From contig CAVPHD010000012.1 of NCBI GenBank assembly GCA_963704165.1, forward strand, positions 96,001 to 160,000: DNA of 64,000 bases. The letters run 5' to 3'. The notes below the pieces were generated by a model, which had not been told where the DNA came from, ran no database searches, and saw only the letters and a program-made list of their open reading frames with translations. Shown here piece after piece: positions 1 through 10,061 of the stretch. The position numbers and the translations under genes were made by a program. The number at the start of each line of letters is the position of its first letter. Position 1 is the first letter of the stretch. This DNA comes from an uncultured delta proteobacterium (lineage in GTDB: Bacteria; Myxococcota_A; UBA9160; SZUA-336).

Positions 1-2
1 GC

Positions 3-1007
3 GGCAAGCCGCGACCGATCGATCGAGGTTTCTGGGCCGAGCGGTTGCGCAACGCGATGTCGATCCGCGCTCCGCTGCTCGAGCAGGACACGACGGGCTT
101 CCGAGTCGTGAACGGCGAGAGCGATCTTCTTCCGGGGCTCGTCCTGGATCGCTACGAATCGACCCTCGTCTTGAAGCTCTACACCGCCGCATGGCTTCCG
201 CACCTTCGCGAGGTGCGGGCCGCGATCGACGAGGTTCTGACACCGGATCGTGTCGTGCTCCGGGTCGCGCGTGCGATCGCGCGGTCCTGCGAGGAGCGGG
301 CCGGGCTCGTGGACGGAGCCATCCTTTCGGGCGCGCCGCTCGACGCCCCGTTGGTCTTTCGCGAGAACGGACTGCGCTTCCGCTGCGATCCCGTGCGCGG
401 ACAGAAGACGGGGTTCTTCCTCGACCAACGCGAGAACCGCTCGCGCGTCGGCGAGCTCTCGCGCGGGAAGCGCGTCCTGAACGCCTTTTCGTACACGGGG
501 GGCTTCTCGCTCTACGCGGCCCGAGGCGGGGCGCCGAGCGTGATTTCGCTCGACTCGAGCGCCGCCGCACTCGACGAGGCGCGCGCGAACTTCGCGCTGA
601 ACTCGGATCACGCCGGGCTTTCGCGCTCGACCCACGAGTGTGTCTGCGAGGACGCCTTCAGCGCGCTCTCGCGCTTTCACCGTGAACGGCGCCTCTTCGA
701 GCTCGTGGTGATCGACCCGCCGGCATTCGCGAAGGCGAAGTCCGAGGTCGGCTCCGCGCTCTTCGCGTACGCGAAGCTCGCGGAGCTCGCCTGTCACGTG
801 CTCGCGCCGGGGGGAGAACTCGTGATGGCGTCGTGCTCCGCGCGGGTCGACGCGGCCGCCCTCGCGAACTCGATCCGGTCGGGTGCTTCGCGCGCGGACC
901 GGCGCCTCGACGAGTGGTTGCGCACCGCGCACGCGCTGGATCATCCGGTCGGCTTCAAGGAAGGTGCGTACCTGAAATGCATCTGGCTGCGCGATCCGCG
1001 CGCGTAG
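3..1007 (+). CDS. rlmI: 23S rRNA m5C1962-type SAM-dependent methyltransferase (RlmI family), 5'-truncated by window edge
   Basis: Motifs RVVNGESDLLPGLVLDRY, GQKTGFFLDQRENR, VLNAFSYTGGFS, DPPAFAK, DHP..EGAYLK; frame is open from position 3. Confidence 0.85.
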   Translation, partial: GKPRPIDRGFWAERLRNAMSIRAPLLEQDTTGFRVVNGESDLLPGLVLDRYESTLVLKLYTAAWLPHLREVRAAIDEVLTPDRVVLRVARAIARSCEERAGLVDGAILSGAPLDAPLVFRENGLRFRCDPVRGQKTGFFLDQRENRSRVGELSRGKRVLNAFSYTGGFSLYAARGGAPSVISLDSSAAALDEARANFALNSDHAGLSRSTHECVCEDAFSALSRFHRERRLFELVVIDPPAFAKAKSEVGSALFAYAKLAELACHVLAPGGELVMASCSARVDAAALANSIRSGASRADRRLDEWLRTAHALDHPVGFKEGAYLKCIWLRDPRA

Positions 1008-1475
1008 CTACGCCTTCCAGATCGTCGGCGGTTTTCCGGTGGCCATCTCCGCGCCGGTCCAGAGCTCGATCCGCGACGGTGTCAGCTTCAGCACGCCGAA
1101 GCCCGGGTCGGTGACGCCTGCCTTCCAGAACAGGCTCGGGTCGTAGCCGACGGGCGCGGGCGTCTCCTTCAGGAGGTTCCAGATCCGCTGCTTGGTCGCT
1201 GCGTCGTCGACCCACTCCGCGCGACACTGCGCCATCACCGTGTCGTGCTCCGGGGTCCAGTACGCGAGCGCGACGTTCGGGTTTTTCGCCAGGTGCCGGG
1301 TCTTGAGCGTCTGCCTTCCCGTCGCGATCCAGCCGACCTTCCCCTCCCACACCGGGTGCAGGATGCGCGAGAACGGTCGCCCGGCAGTGTCGACGGTGGT
1401 CACCGTGCACCAGACGATCCTGCGTACGCGCTCGTCGAAAACCCGCGCGATGTCCTCGAACTTCTCGACGCTCAT
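1008..1475 (-). CDS. Pyridoxamine 5'-phosphate oxidase-like (split beta-barrel, general stress/F420-type) protein
   Basis: C-terminal part of ORF 1008..2336: MSVEKFEDIA...WCTVTTVDTAGRPFSRILHPVWE...KTRHLAKNPNVALAYW; GGAG upstream of ATG 1475. Confidence 0.8.
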   Translation of the reverse strand: MSVEKFEDIARVFDERVRRIVWCTVTTVDTAGRPFSRILHPVWEGKVGWIATGRQTLKTRHLAKNPNVALAYWTPEHDTVMAQCRAEWVDDAATKQRIWNLLKETPAPVGYDPSLFWKAGVTDPGFGVLKLTPSRIELWTGAEMATGKPPTIWKA

Positions 1476-1553
1476 TCGTGTCTCCCCTACTCGCGCCCTC
1501 GAGTCGATCCAGCGTATCAGATTCGGGTAAGCTGCTCGGACAGGAGGCACTCG

Positions 1554-2600
1554 ATGAAACTCGGCATCGGGATCGGCTACTCGGGCCCGCAGCTGCGAAT
1601 TCCCGTCGAACGGATCCAGCTCGCGGAGCGACTCGGTTACGACTCGGTCTGGACGGCGGAGGCGTACGGTTCCGACGCGATCACGCCGCTCGCGTTTCTC
1701 GCGGCGAAGACGTCGCGCATCCGTCTCGGCACGGGAATCATCCAGCTCGCCGCGCGCACACCGGCCGCGACCGCGATGGCGGCGGCGACGGTCGATCAGC
1801 TCGCGGGCGGAAACCGCTTCATCTGCGGAATCGGTGTCTCGGGTCCGCAGATCGTCGAAGGCTGGTACGGTCAGCCTTGGGGCAAGCCGAACACGCGAAT
1901 TCGCGACTACGTCGCGATCATGCGGAAGATCTTCGAGCGCAAGGCGCCCGTGTCCCATCCGGGAAAGGAGATCGCGCTGCCTTACACGGGACCCGGTGCG
2001 ATGGGCATCGGCAAGCCGCTGATGTCGATCCTGCACCCGAACCCGAAGATCCCGATCTGGCTCGGCACCGGCACCGAGGCCAACGTGAAGATGACCGCCG
2101 AAATCGCCGACGGCTGGCTTCCGCTCGGGCTCGTGCCCGGGAACTGGAAGCTCTATCGGGACTGGATCGAGGCCGGCTTTGCGCGCGCGGGGAACGGGAA
2201 GTCGTGGAAGGACTTCGAGATCCAGGCGGCGACGACCGTGATCGTGACCGATGACGTGCGCGCCGCGCTCGCGCGTATCAAGCCGAATGTCGCCCTCTAC
2301 GTCGGCGGCATGGGTCACAAGAGCATCAACTTCCACAACCGGATGATGGTCCGGCGCGGATACGCCGAAGCCGCGGCACGCATCCAGGAGCTCTACCTCG
2401 CCGGGCGCAAGACCGAAGCCGCCGATGCCGTGCCCGACGAGTTCGTCGACGACGGCGCGCTGGTCGGCCCGCCCGCACGCATCCGCGAGCGCTTCAAGGA
2501 GTGGACGCAGATCCCCGTCACCGGGATGACGATCAACGGAGACGCGCCCGGCACGCTCGAGTTGATGGCGGAGATCGCCGGCCTGCGCGCTCCGGACTGA
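1554..2600 (+). CDS. LLM-class (luciferase-like) F420-dependent oxidoreductase
   Basis: AERLGYDSVWTAEAYGSDA, GIGVSGPQIVEGWYG; AGGAGG RBS before ATG 1554. Confidence 0.9.
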   Translation: MKLGIGIGYSGPQLRIPVERIQLAERLGYDSVWTAEAYGSDAITPLAFLAAKTSRIRLGTGIIQLAARTPAATAMAAATVDQLAGGNRFICGIGVSGPQIVEGWYGQPWGKPNTRIRDYVAIMRKIFERKAPVSHPGKEIALPYTGPGAMGIGKPLMSILHPNPKIPIWLGTGTEANVKMTAEIADGWLPLGLVPGNWKLYRDWIEAGFARAGNGKSWKDFEIQAATTVIVTDDVRAALARIKPNVALYVGGMGHKSINFHNRMMVRRGYAEAAARIQELYLAGRKTEAADAVPDEFVDDGALVGPPARIRERFKEWTQIPVTGMTINGDAPGTLELMAEIAGLRAPD

Positions 2601-2601
2601 T

Positions 2602-3261
2602 CTAGCGACCGAAGAGCTGCTTCAAGAGATCCGTGGCGCGGGCCGCCGGATCGGTGCGGATCTTCTTCTCCTCCTCGCCGACGACGGTGAAGAGGCCCTC
2701 GAGAGTCTCGTCGGTGACGTACCCGTCAAGGTCGAACCTCGGCGCCGAGCTGAACGGAATCGCCGACGTGTAGCGACCGATCAGCTCGTCGTAGAGCTTG
2801 GCGACACCGACGCTCTGCATCGCCTCGCTCACGATCGGGCCGAAGCGCGTGCGCAGCGGCTCCGAGGTCGTCTTCTCGAAGTACTCGGTCGCCGCGGTGT
2901 CGCCGCCCTTCACGATTCCGGTCGCGTCGGAGAAGCTCATCTGCGTGATCGCGTCGACGAAGACCGGAGTCGCCTCGCCGGTGGCCTTCTCCGCGGCGTG
3001 ATTCATCGCCACCTCGAGCTCGTCCACCTGCGCGCCCATGCCGATCCCGCGCAGCGCGCTCGCCACCGACGACAGCGCACCCGGAAGTCCGATGCGGATC
3101 TTCGGGTTCTCGAGGAAGCCGTTCGTCTGCGAGGTGCTTTGCACCGCGCGCTCGGTTGCGACGCGCAGCGCCTCCTTCAGGGCCGAGATCGTGGTCGATT
3201 CGTTGAGCGGCGAGGCGGTGATCGCCAGGAGCACGGTGAACGAGAGCGCGAGCGTCTTCAT
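2602..3261 (-). CDS. DUF4197 family exported protein
   Basis: Signal peptide MKTLALSFTVLLAITA; ALKEAL...GFLENPKIRIGLP...MNHAAEKA...EEKKIRTDPAARATDLLKQLFG. Confidence 0.85.
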   Translation of the reverse strand: MKTLALSFTVLLAITASPLNESTTISALKEALRVATERAVQSTSQTNGFLENPKIRIGLPGALSSVASALRGIGMGAQVDELEVAMNHAAEKATGEATPVFVDAITQMSFSDATGIVKGGDTAATEYFEKTTSEPLRTRFGPIVSEAMQSVGVAKLYDELIGRYTSAIPFSSAPRFDLDGYVTDETLEGLFTVVGEEEKKIRTDPAARATDLLKQLFGR

Positions 3262-3280
3262 TGCCGGTATCCTACATGGT

Positions 3281-6164
3281 GTGAAGCTCCCCGACCGAGA
3301 AAGTTTCTCGCGAGCCCTGCGAAGACCGCGAACGCGGATTCTGATCGGCATCGTCGCTCTGCTCGTGATCGTGCGTGTCGCGTTGCCGTACGTGCTTCGC
3401 GCGGTGATCGTCTCGCAGACCGACGCGGCGCTCGTCGGCCGGATCGCCCTCGCCGACCTCGATCTGTCGCTGATCCGCGGTGGTGTCACGCTCCACGGGC
3501 TCGAAGTCCACGTCGACGAGCTGCCGTCGGATTCCGAGCCGCTCTTCGAGGCGAAGCGGATCTGGACCGAGATCAGCTGGCTGGCTCTCGTCACCAAGAC
3601 GATCGAGGTCGAGGAGTTCGAGCTCGACGGCTTCGCCGTTCGACTCGACCGGCTGAAGGAAGGCCTGCTCTTGCCTCGGCCCGTGCCCGGTGACGCGGTG
3701 GACGAGCCGGAGCCCGAGTCCAGCGAACCTTTCGACTGGTCTCTCGCCGCCGACGCCGTCGCTCTCCGCGACGGCGTGATCGCGCTCCGCGATCACACCG
3801 TCGGCCCCGAGCCCCATCGCTTCGAAGTCGCGGTGAGGGATTTGTCTGCGAGTCAGCTGGCGCTGCGCATCGATCCAACCGACCAGGCGCCCGGGCGCCT
3901 CGAGATCCAGGCGCGCATCGGCGAGGGTTCGATCGGTCTCGACTCTCGGGTCACGCAGCATCCCGACGGTACCGGCGCACACTCGACGATCACGCTCGTG
4001 AACCTGCCGATCGACAAGGTCCGCGTGTATCTGACGATCTTCGGCTGGAGCGATCTCTCGGGAAAGCTCGACGCGGTGATCGAGCACCGCTTCGAGCCGG
4101 GTGGCCACCACGTGGCCTCGGGCGTGGCCTCGCTGTCGGAGGTCGTCGTCCGGGTGCCCGCGCTCGATCGCCCCGCGCTCGCCTGGCGGAAGCTCTCGGT
4201 CAACCTCGAGAAGCTCGACGTCGTGAAGCAGAGCGCCGTCGTCTCGGACGTCGCGCTCGTCGGCGCGCGGGTCGTCGTCGATCCGAAGTCGGCGACGCCG
4301 GTACCGGTGATCGCGCCCGGCAAGGCGGTGAACGCGAAGGTCGCGAAGGAGCCCGCCCACGAGGTGGCGCCGGCCACGAAGCCATGGAGCTGGAACGTGC
4401 GCCGGGCGCGCCTCGAAGACGCGACCGTCGAATTGGAGGGCGGCGCGCAGCCGCTCCAGCTCGGTGTCGCTGCAGAGCTGCGCTCGATCTCGAGCGAGCC
4501 CGGAAGCCGCTGGCCGGTGAAGCTATCGGTCTCGCAAGCGGAAGGATCGCTGCAAGTCGATGGCGAGCTCGCCATCGATCCGTTCGCCTTCGATGGCAAG
4601 CTCGCGATCGCGGATCTCGCGATCGCGCCGATCGCGTCGCGGATCGATGCGCCGGGTGCGAACCTCTTGCGACAAGGGAACGCACGCGCGGACCTCTCGA
4701 TCGCGCTCTCGACCGACCTGCACCTCTCGGGATCGCTCGGCGTTTCCGGGCTCGAAGTCGTCGACCCGGAGAAGCCGAAGGAGTTCGGTGTCGCCTGGAA
4801 GGACTTCGAGCTCGGCATTCGCGACCTCTCGGTTCCCGGAGTGCTCGCAGAACGGGAGCTCGCCACGGCCGCGCGACCGATCGGCGTGAAGCTCGATCTC
4901 GTGAGGCTCGACGAACCGTCGTTCACGATCACGCGAACCGAGCGGGGAATTGCACTGCCATCGTTCGGCGGCACTGCCGAAGATCCGGTGCCGAAGACGG
5001 AGCCGACGGCCGAGGTCTCGATCGACGTCGGTCGGATCCGGATCGATCGCGCGCGTGCCCGGATCCACGATCGCAGCGTGAACCCGTACTTCAGCACGCG
5101 AATCGACCGCCTCGATCTGCGCGCGCGCGGCGTTCGCTGGCCCGGACCTCGCGTCGAGGATCTGACGCTGGCCTTGTCCGGCTTGAACGGCGCGAAGCTC
5201 GAAGCGCGGGGACACATCGTTCCCGGCAACTCGAAGCTCGATGCGAAGCTCGTGAAGCTCCCGCTCGCCCAGTTCAATCCGTACGTGACGCCGACGGGCT
5301 ACGGTCTTGCCGATGGCTCGCTCTCGCTCGACTCCACCGCGACGATCGCGAACGAGACGTACGACACGCGCACGGACCTCGTCGTCTCCCGGCTCGAGGT
5401 CGGTGGCTCCGAGGGCGAGGCGCTCTTCCAGCAGAGCTTCGGGATTCCGCTCTCCGTCGCGCTCGGCCTGCTGAAGGACCTGGACGGAAACATCACGCTC
5501 CGGGTTCCGCTTGCCGGTGATCGCGGCGGCGCGAGGATCGGGCTGGGCAGCATCGCAGGACAGGCGCTTCGCGCGGCCCTGATGGGAGCGCTCGCCTCGC
5601 CGCTGAAGCTGCTCGGCGCCGTCACTTCCGACGGCAAGGTCCAGAGACTTGCACCGGCCCCGATCCTCTTCACGGTCGGCAGCTACGGCCTCGCGCCGGA
5701 CGGTGCCACCCGGATCGAGGAGATCGCGAGCCTGCTCTCGGGATCGCCGGGGATCACGCTGACACTGACCGGAGTCACCTCCGAGACGGACCGCAGGATT
5801 CTGCGCGAGAGAGCGCTGCTCTCGGAACTCGAGGCGACCTCAGGCCTGCGCGCGCTCGGCCAGCTCGGAGAGATCGGCACGCGTCGATCCGTGCGACACG
5901 CACTGGCCGCGAAGCTCGCGAACGGGCCGATCCCCGCGCTCGAGCCCGAGCAGGACGCCTGGCTGGAAACGCACGTGGCCGAGCAAGAGATCGACTCGGC
6001 TTCGCTCGTCACGCTCGCCGCGACACGCGCCGCCTCGGTGAAGGGACTCCTTTCACGCGAGCACGGAATCGCCGAGAGCCGCCTCGCGATCGGCGCGCCG
6101 GTGACGGAGCCGTCGGCATCGCAGCCCGGCGTCGAGATCGCGCTCGGTGCTGCTGAAGCGCTAG
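3281..6164 (+). CDS. DUF748 (AsmA-like) envelope protein with C-terminal OmpA-like region; stop apparently lost by an indel near 6150
   Basis: N-terminal TM, repeated AsmA-like beta-taco segments, GIPLSVALGLLKDLDGNITLRVPLAG motif; removing one base near 6150 gives TAG at 6162-6164. Confidence 0.75.
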
Positions 6165-6418
6165 CCGCCGCCGATCTGCGGCAGGAAGTGCACCTCGCTC
6201 TCCGGGCGCAATCGCTCGAGCAGTGCCTCGGCGCGCGGCAGGATCTCGCCGTCGATCGCGATCGCGATCGCGCCCGACTCGCCGATGCGGCTCGAGATCC
6301 CCGGAAACCTCGCGTCGAGCACACGCAAGAGCTCGCGCACGTCGCGCGCCTCGATCTCGATCGACTCGACGCCGCCGGCGAGTGGACGGAGCCCGGACGT
6401 GAAGAAGACGCGCGCCAA
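6161..6418 (-). CDS. MoaD/ThiS-family sulfur carrier protein
   Basis: 85-aa ubiquitin-like pattern ending EVHFLPQIGGG. Confidence 0.85.
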   Translation of the reverse strand: MARVFFTSGLRPLAGGVESIEIEARDVRELLRVLDARFPGISSRIGESGAIAIAIDGEILPRAEALLERLRPESEVHFLPQIGGG

Positions 6419-6421
6419 GGC

Positions 6422-8698
6422 TCAGCCCGCGCGGTCGATGGCCTCGAGCAGGCGCGGCGGCGAGATCGGCAGCTCCGCGAGCTTCACGCCCGCCGCGCGC
6501 TGCACGGCGTTCGCCACCGCGGCGAGCGGCGGCACGATCGGCGTCTCGCCGACGCCGCGCACGCCGTAGGGGTGCGTGGGATTCGGAACCTCGACGATCA
6601 CCGTGTCGATCATCGGCAGGTCGCTCGCGACCGGCATGCGGTAGTCGAGGAAACTCGCGTTCTCCATCGCTCCGTTGCGATCGAAGACGTACTCCTCGTT
6701 CAGCGCCCAACCGATGCCCTGCGCGACGCCGCCCTGGAACTGCCCCTCGACGTAGCCCGGGTGCATCGCCTTGCCCGCGTCCTGCACCGCCGTGTAGCGC
6801 AGCACGGTGACCGCGCCGGTCTCGCGATCGACCTCGACGTCGCAGAGATGTGTCGCGAATCCGGGTCCGGCGCCGCGCGCCGTCAGGGCCGCATGGCCGA
6901 CGATCGGACCGCCGGTCTGCGCGGCCCGCGACGCGAGCTCCTTCAGGCTGAGCGGCGCATGCACACCCGGCGGCTCGCTTCGAGCCAACGCGTGGCCGTC
7001 CTCCCAGGCGACGGCATCGGGCTCGACTTCCCAGATGCGCGCGGCTCGCGCGCGAAGCTGTCGCACGACGTCGCGCGCAGCCTCGACCACCGCCATGCCG
7101 GTCGCGAAGGTGACTCGGCTTCCGCCGGTCGAGTCCGTGTAGCCGATGGCCTCGGTATCGACGACGGTCGGCCGCACCTGCTCGACCGGGATGCCGAGCT
7201 CCTCGGCCGCCATCAGCGCGAGCGACGTGCGCGAGCCGCCGATGTCCGGGCTGCCGGTGGCCACCACCGCCGATCCGTCCTCGTTGATCGAGATGTTCGC
7301 CGACGACGACATGCCGGCGTTGAACCAGAATCCGCACGCCACGCCGCGGCCCTGGTTCGCCGCGAGCGCCGCTTTGTAGTGCGGGTGGCTCTTCGCCGCG
7401 CGCAGCGTCTCGACGAAGCCGATCGCGCGGAACTTCGGACCGTACGTCGCCCGGACGCCCTCGTGAACCGCGTTCTCGAGCCGGAAGTCGATCGGGTCGA
7501 GACCGAGCTTCTGCGCGAGCTCGTCCATCACGACCTCGACGACGAGCGCCACCATCGGCGCGCCCGGCGCTCGGTAGGCCGCGACCTTCGGCTTGTTCAG
7601 CACGACGTCCCAGCCCTCGATCCGGAAGTTCTCGAGCGCGTAGGGCGCGAAGGCCGTCATCATCGCGGCGCCGACGGGCGATCCCTTGAAGGCTCCGGCT
7701 TCGTAGTACAGCGTCGCCTCGGCCGCCGTCAGCTTGCCGTCGCGCCTGGCGCCCATCTTGACGCGGATCTGTGTACCCGAACTCGGGCCGGTGGCGCGGA
7801 AGACCTCCTCGCGCGTCATCACCAACTTCACCGGCCGACCCGAAACGCGCGAGAGCAGAATCGCGAGCGGCTCGACGTAGACCGTGGTCTTGCCGCCGAA
7901 GCCCCCACCGATCTCCGTCGGAATCACCTTGATCATGTCCGTCGAGAGGCCGAGCACCTTCGCGCAGTAGGCGCGAACCATGAACGCGCCCTGCGTGCAG
8001 CACCAGACGACCGAGCGGCCGTCCTGTCCGGTGCGCGCGAGCACCGCGTGCGGCTCGATGTAGCCTTGGTGGACCATCGGCGTGCGGAACTCGCGCTCGA
8101 CCACGACGTCCGCCACCGCGAATCCCGCGTTCAGATCACCGCGCGCCAACTCCCGCCGCGAAGCGACGTTGGTCGGCCCCTGTGGCAGCGGCTCGTGCCC
8201 GGTCGCGCGCGCGTCCTCGTGCAGGATGGGTGCGTTCTTCGCGAGCGCCTCGTCGAGCGAGAGAACGGGGACGAGCACGTCGTAGTCCACGACGATGCGC
8301 TTGCACGCCTCTTCCGCGATGCGAAGGCTGGTCGCGGCGACGGCCGCGACCGCGTGCCCGTGATAGAGCACCTTGTCGCGCGCCATCACGTTCATCGCGA
8401 GATCGCGAAAATCGGTCGCGGTCTCGCCGCCCTCGGCCGTCTCGGACGAGACGTCGGGGAAATCCCGGCCGCTGATCACCGCGTGCACGCCGTCGAGTGC
8501 GAGCGCGGCCGAGACGTCGATGCGCCGGATCCTCGCGTGCGCGTGCGGGCTGCGCAGAACCTTGCCCCAGAGCATGCCCGGGAGCGCGTAGTCCGCGCCG
8601 AATTGCGCGCGGCCCGTCACCTTGTCGAGTCCGTCGTGCCGGATCGGCCGCGTTCCGACGTACTTCCACTTCTTCTCGCCCGGAGTCGCTTCGCTCAT
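6422..8698 (-). CDS. Xanthine dehydrogenase family molybdopterin-binding large subunit
   Basis: DKVTGRAQFGAD, LRSPHAHARI, HQGYIEPH, IGGGFGGK, AYRAPG, GVRGVGE. Confidence 0.93.
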   Translation of the reverse strand: MSEATPGEKKWKYVGTRPIRHDGLDKVTGRAQFGADYALPGMLWGKVLRSPHAHARIRRIDVSAALALDGVHAVISGRDFPDVSSETAEGGETATDFRDLAMNVMARDKVLYHGHAVAAVAATSLRIAEEACKRIVVDYDVLVPVLSLDEALAKNAPILHEDARATGHEPLPQGPTNVASRRELARGDLNAGFAVADVVVEREFRTPMVHQGYIEPHAVLARTGQDGRSVVWCCTQGAFMVRAYCAKVLGLSTDMIKVIPTEIGGGFGGKTTVYVEPLAILLSRVSGRPVKLVMTREEVFRATGPSSGTQIRVKMGARRDGKLTAAEATLYYEAGAFKGSPVGAAMMTAFAPYALENFRIEGWDVVLNKPKVAAYRAPGAPMVALVVEVVMDELAQKLGLDPIDFRLENAVHEGVRATYGPKFRAIGFVETLRAAKSHPHYKAALAANQGRGVACGFWFNAGMSSSANISINEDGSAVVATGSPDIGGSRTSLALMAAEELGIPVEQVRPTVVDTEAIGYTDSTGGSRVTFATGMAVVEAARDVVRQLRARAARIWEVEPDAVAWEDGHALARSEPPGVHAPLSLKELASRAAQTGGPIVGHAALTARGAGPGFATHLCDVEVDRETGAVTVLRYTAVQDAGKAMHPGYVEGQFQGGVAQGIGWALNEEYVFDRNGAMENASFLDYRMPVASDLPMIDTVIVEVPNPTHPYGVRGVGETPIVPPLAAVANAVQRAAGVKLAELPISPPRLLEAIDRAG

Positions 8699-9174
8699 CG
8701 CGTCTCCCCGCGCAGGTCCGCGGCCGCGTCGAGCACGGCGCGGATGATCTTGTCGTAGCCGGTGCAACGGCAGAGATTGCCCGCCAGCCAGTAGCGCGTT
8801 TCCTCTTCGGTCGGATCGGGATTGCGTTCGAGCAACGCCTTTGCCGCGACGATGAAGCCCGGCGTGCAGACTCCGCACTGGAGCGCCGCGTGCTCGAGGA
8901 ACTTGCGCTGGAGAACGTGGATCTCGCTGCCCGTCGCGACGCCCTCGATCGTCTCGATGCTGCGGCCCTCGGCTTCGGGCGCCAGCACCAGGCACGCGCA
9001 GACCAGCCGACCGTCGAGCAGGATCGAGCAGGCGCCGCAATCACCGGTCGAGCAGCCCTCCTTCGTACCCGTGAGCTGCAGATCGTCGCGAAGCACTTCG
9101 AGCAGGCTGCGCTCGGCGGTGCAGAGGAACTCCGTCGGCTCGGCGTTCACGCGCGTCCGTACGTGGATCTTCAT
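8695..9174 (-). CDS. (2Fe-2S)-binding small subunit (CoxS/XdhC-like)
   Basis: LTGTKEGCSTGDCGACS, LQCGVCTPG, GNLCRCTGY. Confidence 0.93.
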   Translation of the reverse strand: MKIHVRTRVNAEPTEFLCTAERSLLEVLRDDLQLTGTKEGCSTGDCGACSILLDGRLVCACLVLAPEAEGRSIETIEGVATGSEIHVLQRKFLEHAALQCGVCTPGFIVAAKALLERNPDPTEEETRYWLAGNLCRCTGYDKIIRAVLDAAADLRGETR

Positions 9175-10046
9175 GCGGGGCTCCCGACTTCGCGCGCGCG
9201 CGCGAACGCGGCGGCGGCGGCGCGCCGGGTCAGCACGCCCGAGATCCTGCGGCGGAACTCGACGGTGCCGCGCTTGTCGGCGATCGGCCGCGCGGTCGCC
9301 GAGGCAGCCTCGGCCGCGCGCGATAGAGCCGCATCGTCCCCGCTCGAACCGACGAGTGCCGCCGAAGCTTCGGGAACGAGGAGCACCGTCGGCGCGACGG
9401 CTCCGAGGGCGACACGCGCGTGTGTACAGACGCCGCGCGCATCGAGGCGGACCGAGACGCCCGCGCCGACCACCGCGATGTCCATCTCGGTGCGCGGAAT
9501 GAAGCGCAGATACGCATCGGCCGTGCGCGGAGCCGGGCGCGGAATCCGGAACCCGACCAGGATCTCGACGCGCTCGAGCACGTTCACGCCCGGCGCGGTG
9601 TTGAAGCTCTCGACCGGAACGCGCCGCTCTCCGCCGGGCCCGTGAATCACGCACTCGGCACCGACCACGCAGAGCGCCGGAACGGAGTCGGCCGCGGGCG
9701 ACGCGTTGCAGAGGTTCCCACCGACCGAGGCGCGCCCCTGGATCTGCGTCGAGCCGATCAGACCGATCGCCTCGAGCAGGCCCGGCCAGATTCGCGAGAG
9801 CTCCGGATGCTCGGTGATCTGCGCAGCGGGCACCGCCGCGCCGAGCCAGAGATCACCCTCGTCCAGGCGAAGGGTCGTGAGCTCGGGAATGCGCTTCACG
9901 TCGACGAACACGCCCGGCGTCGCGCGACCCGTGCGCATCTGCACGATCAGGTCGGTCCCACCCGCGAGCACCCGTGCGCCGGGCTCGCGCAGAAGCTCGG
10001 TCGCGCGCGACAGCGACGTCGGTGCCTCGTAGCGGATCTCGTCCAT
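9171..10046 (-). CDS. FAD-binding medium subunit (CoxM/XdhB-like)
   Basis: VLAGGTDL, IGSTQIQGRASVGGNLCNASPAAD, ALGAVAPT. Confidence 0.92.
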   Translation of the reverse strand: MDEIRYEAPTSLSRATELLREPGARVLAGGTDLIVQMRTGRATPGVFVDVKRIPELTTLRLDEGDLWLGAAVPAAQITEHPELSRIWPGLLEAIGLIGSTQIQGRASVGGNLCNASPAADSVPALCVVGAECVIHGPGGERRVPVESFNTAPGVNVLERVEILVGFRIPRPAPRTADAYLRFIPRTEMDIAVVGAGVSVRLDARGVCTHARVALGAVAPTVLLVPEASAALVGSSGDDAALSRAAEAASATARPIADKRGTVEFRRRISGVLTRRAAAAAFARAREVGSPA

Positions 10047-10061
10047 GGAACTCCCGTTCGA

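Noticed and set aside
3038..8758. 1906-aa giant ORF overlapping the Mo-hydroxylase gene in antisense
   Set aside because: DUF748-like sequence ends near 6150 and the rest is the antisense shadow of moaD and the large subunit. One deleted base restores TAG at 6162-6164, sharing CTAG with the MoaD stop.
6422..10046. Aerobic CO dehydrogenase (coxMSL)
   Set aside because: Gene order is similar, but the active-site loop is AYRAPG rather than AYRCSFR.
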